NCBI RefSeq assembly: GCF_963676685.1
Contig: NC_092345.1
Span: 17,918,001 to 17,982,000, forward strand
Source of the DNA: Mytilus edulis
Lineage: Eukaryota
Direction: 5' to 3'
DNA length: 64,000 nucleotides
Every line of letters starts with the position of its first letter. The first letter of the stretch is position 1. The notes below the pieces were generated by a model that made no database searches, was not told the DNA's origin, and worked only from the letters and a program-made list of their open reading frames with translations. Shown here piece by piece: positions 41,140-53,400 of the stretch. Made by a program: the position numbers and the translations under genes.

Positions 41140-41435
41140 GAATGAAGGGTATGTTACTTGTTGAACATGGTATCTGACGGGTTGAAAGTTGTAATAACCT
41201 TTGTCATAGAATCTAGTCTGAATTCGTCCATCTGTGTAGATATCAAGGAAAAGATGAGGATGCAATGACTCATTGAAAAGTATGTTATTGAGTGAAAGCA
41301 CATCATCAATCAATATGGAAGCGCAATTAAAGTTCTTTTCTAGAAGCTTTTTCTTTTTGTCTTTGAGAAGGTTCTGTATTTAATATGTTTCATAAGAGTG
41401 CATGAACGAGTCTAGTAAATGTGCATAATAACGAC
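41140..41435 (-). pseudogene. Second Penelope-like RT relic
   Basis: Minus strand HLLDSFMHSYETY*IQNLLKDKKKKLLEKNFN...IDDVLSLNN...DGRIQTRFYDK...SNIP. It resembles PLE RT (LLADLFLYSYE.EFIQ.LLK, YIDDVLSLNN, GRL.TKLYDK). Confidence 0.7.
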
Positions 41436-42253
41436 TTGTTTAAAAATATAAAAATGGTTAAAGGACGATTTTATAGATGACTGTATGGGGACCAGTTATC
41501 TATAAAGTCGTACTTTAACTCATTTTTATATAAAAAAAAACAAAAGACGCTGTAATGTTTTTGTGCATATCTACTCGACGTACTGAACTCCAAGATAAAT
41601 GCAAAACGGGAAGTCCATAAAACAGACACAACCTACGTTAGACTTTATAAAAAAACACAACTAATAGAAAATAAACCGGTCATATTCCTGTATTGGTATA
41701 GGCATTTTCTGCGGATTAGTAGCTCGGAACAGCCGTACAGGCACCCTTGTAAGTTTGATTACGATTGCACGTGGAGAGTAAATAAACTCATCATAGATAC
41801 CAGGATTAAATTTTGTGTTGACTCCATATAAACACATGTTAGCATCTTTATTTTTATTTCAAAGTACCTTAACGGATTGTTCAAATGTATCAAAAATCCA
41901 CACCTTTACATTTAAACCCTTTATTCAGAGTTTGATGCCAGGTCGCTATTGCTTATTTTGAAAGGGTTAATAACTTGAATATATGTTTTATGAAGCAGTT
42001 GTCTAGTCAACGTATATAGCACTATCTTTTAGGACAGCCATACAATTTTTATGTTTTTCATAGGGAAAGAGGTTTCTGTTTCCTACTTTCGATAACTCCA
42101 CCATTCGAATCGAATATTGTTGGTCCTTTTATGATAGAGGAAATATAACTAAGTGATACCAGAGACTTCAATTTCACTACCAAATACTTATGTCCTATAA
42201 TTGTATGATAATCCGTAAGATGGCGAATACTTACATTTCCTTTTGTGAGCATT

Positions 42254-42792
42254 AGATCTGCTTACCCTTCCGGAGCACCTGAGATCACCCCTAGTTTTTG
42301 GTGGGGTTCGTGTTGTTTATTCTTTAGTTTTCTATGTTGTGTCGTGTGTACTATTGTTTTTCTGTTTGTCTTTTTCATTTTTAGCCATGGCGTTGTCAGT
42401 TTGTTTTAGATTTATGAGTTTGACTGTCCCTTTGATATATTTCGTCCCTCTTTAGTTTAATAGTAACCCAAACAATACAAACTAACCCTAACAGGTAAAT
42501 ATCATATGCAAAATCTACAAAATCTTTGAGAGCATCAAAATAAAATTAGCCCAAATAAAACAGTCACATTCATAATTGCCATTGGAACCTGTAAAAGAGG
42601 GACGAAAGATACCAAAGGGACAGTCAAACTCATAAATCTAAAACAAACTGACAACGCCATGGCTAAAAATGAAAAAGACAAACAGAAAAACAGAAAAACA
42701 ATAGTACACGTGACACAACATAGAAAACTAAAGAATAAACAACACGAACCCCACCAAAAACTAGGGGTGATCTCAGGTGCTACGGAAGGGTA
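42254..42792. repeat. Inverted (tail-to-tail) pair of an abundant interspersed repeat, probably a retroelement 3' end
   Basis: 42254-42453(+) and 42593-42792(-) are near-identical reverse complements. More copies at 31983-32100(-), 52380-52530(+), 56150-56409(+) and 62545-62670(-). Confidence 0.85.
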
Positions 42793-44463
42793 ACTTATTG
42801 TTAAAAAAGACTAGTACATTATTTTCAAATTAACACATTCTAACTGCATCGTTTCAATCATGTCAAAGTGAAAAGTTACCATGTGATATACATGTAAAAC
42901 CATCAGTGGTGTCATCAAATCGGTGTTTTGATATAAGCTTATGGTACCGATTTCCGCGCGAATAGTGGTTGTTTCTTGGGATAATCTTCATCAAGTACAC
43001 TGGAGGAAACGGTGACATATATGTTAAAAGTTAAGAGTAAAAAACAAACCGGGCCTATATAGAACATTCAAACTTATCTTAATAAAGGCAACAGTAGTAT
43101 ACCGCTATTCGAAAGTCATAAATCGATTGAGAGAAAACAAATCTGGGTTATGGTCTAAAACCGAGGGAAACACATCAACTATAAGAGGACAGAAACACTG
43201 AAGTGCAACAAAAAACAATCGACAATGCAACACACATATAAATGAACTATAAGATTACAACTGCAATTTCCCTGACTTGGAAAAGGAAATCTAAAAAAAA
43301 GATTGGTGGGTTGAACCTAGTTTTGTGCCTAGGCAAACCTCGCGATTTTATGGCAATGTTAAATATAACACTAAAATGACAACATTACATGACAGGAATA
43401 CATTACAAATAAATGCAAGAACATTCAGGACATTTTGGTCATATCATTTCATTCGTCTCTTATTTCGTACTCAGATTACTCCAGTAGCCTGCAGTCATGT
43501 GCTTCCAAGGAATATTGATTCGGTTATAAAATTTGTTTCGGTCTTCCAACTGAGTTGATTTTAGCGCTGCTGGGGAATACTGTGTAGACAACACGCGCGT
43601 CTAGCGTGCTGACGTATTGCCGTACCGGCGTACTCAATTATAAGCCTGGTTTCATTGATGACTTTAACTGTTTAATGTATAAGAGATATTAATAAATTTC
43701 ACCCAACGGTTTTATAAAGATAAGTCAATTAAGTGTGGTTGACTCATAATTTGACTAAATTTCTTCCAATGGTATATAAGATGTTAAAGAAAATGATAAT
43801 CTTAACATAAATATTTTATTTTCGTATTGCATAACTTTGAAATATCAAATGGTTTAATTTATATTAACAAGTACATATTTATAAAACATTATGCTAGGCA
43901 AACATATATAATATAATAGAAAACAATAAGGTAGTCTAGGACTCACAATTCACAAGAACTGTTAACAAATGTCTACTTTCTGTACCTACTATGTACAGAA
44001 AGTTTGACTTGTATATATATAAACATCTTTGTTGAGATTTAACAATAAACCATTCATCTTTGTTTTCCTTTTTATGTCTTACGTACTGTTATTACCCATA
44101 TTACCTAAATAATGCCCCTTAATCGACTTTTCATAATGATTCATTTTAATTTTACAGATCAACCAGCTAGGTTAATAATCAACAGATTTTATTTATAAAA
44201 TTTTGTAATATGGTTAAGAATACAAGTTTTAATCTACTTAAATATTTTGTTGATACTTGAATTGTGTATGTGTTCGATTCATAAACTATCCGCATAACAA
44301 TTTGGATGAGAAAAATATATACGTTATGGTATGTAGCCAACAGTGAATACATATGCAGATGCCACGGTCGTTTGATTTCAATCTTGAAACACCCGTCACA
44401 AAATCTTACTGTTGTAGATCTAGATCTTCAAATTTATTGCAGACATCAATAGAGTTTGGCAAT

Positions 44464-47400
44464 CTACTCAAAACGACTGTATCTATTATTTGTTTCAACG
44501 ACTGCCTCAACAGAAAATGAATATCCTCTTTGATCAGCTGTTAAATTATTACTATTTACTATGTTTTGTGAAACTTGATTGGCTGATGGATGTGCTGGGG
44601 TAAAAATTGTTTGAATATCTGGTGTTTTATTTCCTTGTATTCGTATTGTGGATAGCCGCCCTCTTTTGTAACAAACACCAAGACTTGTTGCTAAAAACCT
44701 GTAAAACATGGAAATTTGAAATAAAAGTATTGCTTAAACTTTGAATTTAAGTGGACACATGCTAGTCAAAATATTTCATAAAACATTTTTCCACAATGCC
44801 ACTATATTAGAGAAAATAGTTAATGACATAGTTTGGATATTTCCTTTAGGATTGATCTTACATTTTCTACATAAGGAAATGCCTGTACCAATCAGGAATA
44901 TGACAGTTGGATTCAATTCGTTTGATGTTTTTGAGCTTTTGATTTTGCCATTTGATTACAGATTTTCCATTATAATTTTTGACACAATGTTGATTGTTGT
45001 ACCACTACTTTTGATATTTTAACCTATATATTATTATTGTTTGTTCACACATCGTTGTCAATATTATTGAATTCTATGTGACTGTCATACAAGTGAGGGG
45101 GTTTGGCTAGCTTTAAGTTTCTAGTTTTTGATTTTGATTTTGCCATTTGATTTGGTACTTTCCGTTTTGAATTTTCCTCGGAGATCGTTTTTTTTTTATT
45201 ATTGTAATTATCACCAAAGTTTTTATTTCCTCTGTTGCTCTTTTTGCTTGTCTACTTGTTTGAGTATATTTGAAGTATATCATTTGTTGCTTAAGGAATC
45301 ACAATGCCTGTATCATGCTATTATAAGTGTTTTCCTCATAGATTGGTTTTTGTATATAAATAAAAGATGATTTTCTACATTATCTTACCTTAAACATCCT
45401 AATTCCACCAAAATACACAAGCCAATTGTCAGAACATCTATGTATGTTGCAGTTGTTACCGAATGAATCAGCGTGTATGCTCCAAATGGACTACCAACCA
45501 TGATAACAAGTGACAAGAAAGTTTGTAACCAATGCCGTGTCTTGATATAACGTGGGACAAACGTCCATGTCTCCTTTAGTTGATACTTGAATGATTATGA
45601 AAAATAATAATAATATTCTAATGGCTTTGGTATAGATAACAGATACTTGATTTTGAAGTTTTATTTATAACCTGCAGATTCCTTACTTTTAACAAACTAG
45701 TTTTAATTGGCCGGTTAGAATTATGATGTTTTATACTCTATATAATGAACATGTATTATACTCTAATATAACGTTCCCATGTGTGCATTGAAATATCCAT
45801 ATAAAGAAAGATAATATATTGCAGGAAATAAGGTTAATCCAGTTAATTTTCATGAAACTAGAACTTATAGTATAAAACAGGTATATACCCACCTGTGATT
45901 GCTAAATACGGCCTAATGTTTAATACGTTTACATTTCACACCCGTGGGTTCATATCCATCAGTATACAACCTTTCATATACTAGTACATTTTTTCAATTA
46001 TATGCTTGTTTCGGAGTTGTTATTATCAACTTTTTTTTTTTTATCAAACTTTGATATTTTTTAAACCCTCCAAATTTACCTGGGCTGTATTTGTCAAACC
46101 TTTTGGAATTTTTGGTCTTCAATGCTCTTCAAGTTTGTACTTTCATTCAGCTTTTAAACCTTTTGATTTGAGCGTCACTTGTGTGTCAAGTGTAGACAAA
46201 ACACGCGTCTGGCGTACTAAATTTGAAGAATGGTATCTATGATGAGTTTAATGTACTTTTAAACGCACTAGCAATGATTTAGTTATCTAAAATGTACTTG
46301 TGTGTGTGTGTGTTCTTTCTACATAAGGAAATGCCTGTACCAAGGTAGGAACATGACAGTTCTTTTCCTCCGTTTGGTGTTTTTGAGCTTCTGGTTTTGC
46401 CTTTTGATAAGGGACTTTCCGCTTGAATTTTCTTGGAGTTCGGTATTTCAGTACTTTTTATAATGTAAGTAAAACCTTTCAAATCGAAGATAAACCAGAT
46501 AATTAATAAATATATTTACTTTATTCTTGCAAACTTTACATCTAAAACCATCTTCATCAGCTGAACACTTAAACAAGAAAAGCACAAATGTAATGTTCTT
46601 ATATTTGTCTTATTTAACATTCTATTATATTGTAAGACCGAATTACTATTTTCTGAAGCAGGAACCTCATATCCTTCACCCCTATATTTGTTTGTATGGA
46701 CTTCATGGTTTCTTTGGTTTCAACATTCAGTGTAGTATAATATCATGTGCTATTTTTCTTTTTTTTTTTAATGTTTGTATTGTTTCTTCTTGAAAACAAA
46801 ATTATTTTTCATTCTGGAAACTCTTGTTTTCATTTCAAACTTACAAAATTCAAGAAAATATTTGAACATGTATTATGTTTATAACACTTATGAGTTTGAC
46901 TGTCCCTCTGGTATTTTTCGTCCATCTTTTGCAGGGGTAGTTATTTGTATCGTCTATCATTTTTATGTAAAAAGTATTTGTTCGAATTTACTGGAAAGAT
47001 CTCGCTATTGAAGGCTTTTTCAATCTTTGTGTAATTTAGGTATCATATTTAAAGGGGCATATCGAATTATTTGCTCGGATATTTATTCCGGTTTAAGATT
47101 TTATAGTTCATCTGTTGTTATAGGTTCAGGTGTGGAAGTAGGATTACCCAATGTAAAAGGGACTAAAATGATACTGACGTCACGTTTGGATATGAAAATA
47201 ATTCAGTTGTTAAAGACTGGCGTTATCACCTGTCGAGACACCATATTTTAAAACTCAGAAAGGAAACGAAACATCTACAATGTTCCATCAGACAGAGTTC
47301 AGATTTCATCGAACTTACATTTGCACCATATATCGTCTGGTTTTTTTGGGGTGTTTTTTTGTGTGTGAATGTGTGTTTTATAGATAAAAATTTTTAAACA

Positions 47401-50400
47401 GAAATATACTAGTTAGAATAAAACGCTCAGAGAAATACCTCCATTAGCCATTTTCGGAGACATTCGTGATGGACTGATGCAACATCCCCTTTACACTGGC
47501 ATGGTTGTATCAAATCCCCAGCATCAATTCGTTCTGGATCATAGCATATCCAACAATCTTGCTTTGTACCTGGTAAATATATCAGGACTTAAAATGAAAT
47601 TCAAATTACACATTTCAGACTGACGGTAATGTTAAATAAACACATTTAAACTTCAAAATTAAAATTCAATTGAAAAAGTATGTATAATATTGATAAATTC
47701 GGTACCATTGATAAATAATTACCATTATCTGTAGATATTGTCCCATAATTTGGATGAACCGTTGGCTCCGTGTTTTCCTCCTGCGTGCAACTGTCAATTT
47801 TCAACGTTTTAAAGAGTTTCTGTGGATTTAGTACCCATAAACTTTCTGGACTGAAATATATAAAAAGAGGAAGTAATATAAAACATGATTTTGTTAATAT
47901 GCTTCCGTCTCCAAAGTACAAACTATTTCCGTCGCTCTTCCTGATGGTTTTAGGAAGTGTTTGGTGTGATGCTTATTTATATATTAGAACAAACACCAAT
48001 AAACTATCAAATCGAAGATAAAAAAAGGAATGCCTTAATGAGAGTTCGTTAATTGCTTTGAATCTGATTGTGTGCCCTTAGATTGATCCAAACTATTTTC
48101 ATCAACCTTACAAAACTTTAGACTTTTCGGGTAACCTATCATTTTTCCAAGATTTCGGCCATATAACTCGCGTGCTTTAAAATACCGGGCCTATGAATAT
48201 GAACTCAAGACCCGCGTTGTAGCTATATATTATGCTTGGAGTAGAACACATAAGTAGTTCGAATCATTTCTATCACAACTGAAGTAGCACAGGAGCTCTG
48301 TCTTTCGAGCATATTTATTGTCTATTAAGGTAATTTTCCAAGTTGATCCATTTAGATATCATTAAAACAAACATTAACACATATTTAGATCGAATTATAG
48401 ACCTTAGAAATGGTGCCTCCAAATCAGGGAACATGGGTTTTTTCTAAGTTTGTAGATATGAAATGTTTAATGTAAAATTGAGAAAGGAAATGGTGAATAT
48501 GTCAAAGCGACAACCACCCGACCATAGAGCAAACAACAGACGAAGGCAACCAATGGGTCTTCAATGTAGCGAGAATTCCCGCACCCGTAGGTGTCCTTCA
48601 GCTGGCCCCTAAAATATGCATAATAGTACAGTGATAATGGACGTCATACTAAACTCCGAATTATACACAAGAAACTAAAATTTAAAATCATACAAGACTA
48701 ACAAAGGCCAGAGGCTCCTGACTTGGGACAGGCGCAAAATTGCGGCGGGGTTAAACATGTTTATGAGATCTCAACCCTCCCCCTATACCTCTAGCCAATG
48801 TAGAAAAGTAAAAGAATAACAATACGCACATTAAAATTCAGTTCAAGAGAAGTCCGAGTCTGATGTCAAAAGATGTAACAAAAGAAAATAAATAAAATGA
48901 CAATAATACATAAATAACAACAGACTACTAGCAAAGTATTCAACCGTCTCAAATTGCAGTCTATGTTTTTTCAGTTGTAAAAACTGTCTAAGGATAAAAA
49001 CTGTTGATTACAATGCATCTTGACAGATTGCCAGTATTGCCAGTAATATATAGAAATGATAAAAATTATGATTCACATAATTCCTTTTTTGTATTATATC
49101 CATAAAGCATATATTAAATCAAACATTCACAACCAGAAACAAAAACATTGTGAGAAATCAAAACCGACCCTTTTCAAAATAAAAACTGTCAAAAATGCAA
49201 ATGTCTCTCTACTCCGGAGAAAACTTGTCAACTCAGTTTTAGTTGAATTGTATCATACTTATTAAAATCTACAGTATTATACTAAATTCAATCCCTATCA
49301 TGTTATTCAATGCAAAAAATGTGAAAGTATTAAAATTCAAATAGTATGGGAACAATATCGAATTCATACGGAATAAAAGAAGGCACTTAAAATAGAAAGC
49401 ATCGTTTAAATCATCACGTGATCAAAAATTATTGTCACAAGGAAATTAATAAATTCACAAATATGTAACTTTAAGGAATCAGGTATTTTTTTTAAAACAT
49501 ACCTTTTGCAGTTCCAAAGGACACAAGGAAACCATAAAACAACACCAAATTCGGCAATTCTGAATCCAATGTCATAAAAGTTTTGGTCAAATACTGGAAG
49601 GCTGAAATGAATACCGAAAAGTTGAAGTCTAACATATCAATAGTTTGTATGTTTGAGCATTTAATTTTGACAGTTAATAAGGACATCTCCAATTAGAATT
49701 TTCCTTGGAGATTGGTATTTTGTTATTTTTGTTCTTGTAATTCTTTCGAAATAATATGTCTCTGATTTTTTTATTTTCCTTCTTTCAATCCAAACTAATG
49801 CACATCAATACAGATTGAGTTTTTTTTTCATCTGATTGTAAAGATAATTCTAAGAACTTATCAGCTCATTTATTTTAGTATTTTACAGACGCACATTTAA
49901 AAATCAAATGTTACCAGTAACACCGTTTGAGAAAAGGGACAGGTATGCCAGTAAATAAAAAAATCTATTTGACACTGATCTACGATTGTTTCAAACAAAT
50001 TGAATGTCATTAATTGATGAATAGCTCTTCGACAGCAATATTTGTTTTAATTTGTCTCATGAGAATAGTATGTAGCTAAAGCAGTGCATTTACAGGCGCG
50101 TTTTGTCATATGGTATTAAAGAAAATTGGTCCGGATAGCAACAAAACCAGGTTCAACCTCCGTTTCTTACTTACAATGTCCTATACCAAATCAGAAATAT
50201 GGCCGTTGTTATCTTACAGCTCGTTTCTTAGGAGCTTACACTGTCGGTTTTTTTTTTGCACTTCAGTGTCTCTGTTGTGTCGCTGATTTCTTCTTAAAGT
50301 TGATGTGTTTCTCTCGGTTTTAGTTTGCAACCCCAATTGGTTTTCTCACAATCGATTCATTACTTTTGAACAGCGATATACTACGGTTGCCTACGGAGGA

Positions 50401-53400
50401 TCAATGATCTAATTTTAAAATTTGTTGAAATACAAATGGTGTTATGTTTGAAGATATCAGAATATTTCATAAAAAGCACAAAGCATACGACTAAAACGCA
50501 AACATCTCATTTTATGCTTCCTGATACATTTTATTACTTGTACTTGCATGCTATAATAGACTTAACTAGTTGAACTAAAAAATAACCATGTGAAAGATAT
50601 GACAGAGGTGTACCTTTTCTTCCAATTATCTCTCAAAGCATCCGATATGAGAAACAGAGCAGTTAGTAGTTGGAGACATGCTTGTGCTATCAAACCCAGT
50701 CTAGACATATGTAACTGCCAAGGATCCACATTACTTTGGGTTTTATTAAAAGCCCCTCGCACCTGTATTAGAAAGATAACGATAAATGCAAAGAATAAGA
50801 ATTATGAATCTTGTTTCATGACATTCTTTACGGCTTTAACTTAATTTTAATTTGAAATGATTAAATTTCACAAGGTTTCAAAACTGTGGAAAAATAGTTG
50901 TTTCACTTGGAGACTTTTACTTTTATTTACCACCAATAATGTGGCTGAATAATATGGAATACACTCTCGTTTGTCTGTATATACTTTTATGTTTGTGCTA
51001 TGTGGTGTCCTTTGTTGTTTTCCTTTGTTTGTACGTTTATTATTGGCTGGTGTTGTCTGTCGGAATTCTGTGGTAGTTCCTGTTATCTTTTAATGTAATA
51101 TTTCTTTAAAAAAATATAACACACTTTATTTTAAAGATCATGTGGTTTTTTTTCGAAATCATAAGTGTTGCAACAATTAATGCATGTGAACTTTTTTTCT
51201 ATTTTTGATTATTTCGATGGATCTTTAGTTTATTTTTCCATATTTTAGAAGACAAATATCCTACAGATACAGAATCTCCATTGATATTCATATCCATGCT
51301 TTTCATAAGACTGTATTTACACGCCGTTGAAATATCCATAGTGACACAATGAGATATAGTTCATTTTACGAATTTCAGCATTATCATAAAAACGGATAAA
51401 ACTAAAAACTGTGAATAGATTATGTCATTTATGATCTACATACTAAATACTGTTGTTTATTTTCATATTTCTATAATTTATATGTCAAGGTTTTTGTATA
51501 TTTATACATCCGTGGCTTTCTTAAATTTGAATTTGTGCGTTCCTGATGGAGGTAAATCCGGAAAATCGCTTTGGACGCAAGGACTTTTAAAGTGTTGTTT
51601 GGAAAGTATTTTTTTCAATTATTTTTTAATGAGTATATTTACAGCAAGAAATTTAATTGATTAAATCCTAAAGCAATAACAAATTAATGCAAAATATCCT
51701 TCCAGAATGTCTTAAATATATTCGAGTGAAAAGGGAAGTAATCTTAAGTATCACTCGACACTTAAAGAAAAAAATGTTCAATGATATAAATATATATATA
51801 TATAAGCGGAAATAGAAATTACCTTAAAGTATACTTCAACTCCGTATACTAAGAAAAATACAACAGCAATTATGAGCAACAAACCAACGCTGCCATTACA
51901 AATTCTGTATATATTATTCTATAAAGAAGAAATGAATGCTATGTTACTATTAATATATAACGACTTTTTTATTTAGTATGTTTAAAGATCTCTTTGTTTT
52001 GTCAATACTTAGATGTGTTTTCAATACTTAAATTTTACAAAGGTTTATATGTAACATATAAAATAAACATTATTTCAGACCTTGCCGACCTTAATTTTGA
52101 AGTTTGTAAATGTTTCTTTTAATTTTGTCACATTTTTTCCTTGTGTTGTTTGTAGTAAATTACGCAGCATAGACGTCGGTTGTTTCATGCGCCTCTTGTT
52201 CTAAACACGATAATATTCATTTGTTCCATTACTGTTCAAGTCTATTCATTCAATTAACGACCTTAACAGAGAGACCAAGGAATTACAACCTCTATACATC
52301 CATCTACTTGATTATGTTACTTTTACTTTGATGCAAGACAAACTAAAATAAGTATGACACCATGTATCAGTCATGCATATTATTCGTGTTGCTTAGTCTT
52401 TAGTTTTCTATGTTGTGTCTTGTGTACTATTGTTTGTCTGTTTGTCTTTTTCCTTTTTAGCTATGGTTTTGCCAGTTTATTTTCGATCTATGATTTTGAA
52501 TATCCCTCTGGTATCTTTCGCCCCTCTTTTTCTCTGTAATTTCATATTGCATCAGTCAGAATTTTCTATATTTATTCCTCTCTTTCGCTTTATATTTAAT
52601 ATACTTACAGAAATGACAGGGTCATCTATATCTGTAGCGACGAGCTGAGTGATTAGTAATCCTGATATGACGACATTAATTACAACAAATCCTATTATAG
52701 ATTTACTAAGGAATCTTGGTTTATCACAGTCAATTCCCTCCAAATGAAATGCCTGAGACAAAATACAACATAGTTTAACAATCTTTAAAATAGGAGAGAA
52801 AGTATGAAAACTAAAGTATGCTTATACTTAGCGTTATGTTTAAAAATAAATGTTTTGCAATTCTTTTTGTAGATACTATACACTATCAACTATACCCTTT
52901 TGTGAATGCAATTTTATGCAGATAAAAGCAATGTTTTTCTCAGGCAACAGAAGAGCTTTTGCCCTGAATGTTCTGCGTAAGAGTATATTGTGTGAATCCT
53001 TAAATTATACTCATATCTTCAGAACAGTGTGATGTATAAACGACACCATAAGTGTATCTCTTTATTTATATATAGGAAAAAACGATACGTTTAGATTTTG
53101 TTTCATATTTTACATTTCGTTCCGATCCTTTTAGATGAAATCAAGCTGGTTTCTGCTTATCATATTGCATCTTGATTAAATATGAATTTTTCTTTCTTAC
53201 ATGATAACTAATAAGAAATAATTTGTTTTTGGTTCTGTTTAATTACCTCTGCCCAGAAACATACTATTAAAGATGAACCTGATAACAATATAGGATAGTA
53301 AGCACTCCACAGGTGTATTGAGGCTTGATCCGATATGTGCATCTGAAAAAATATATATCAATTGAATTAACTAGATATTATGATGTACACAATTATCCAT

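Noticed and set aside
45585-45652. Possible third acceptor duplication (GATACTTGA repeated about 60 nt apart)
   Set aside because: Only about 9 bp match in AT-rich sequence, which is compatible with chance.
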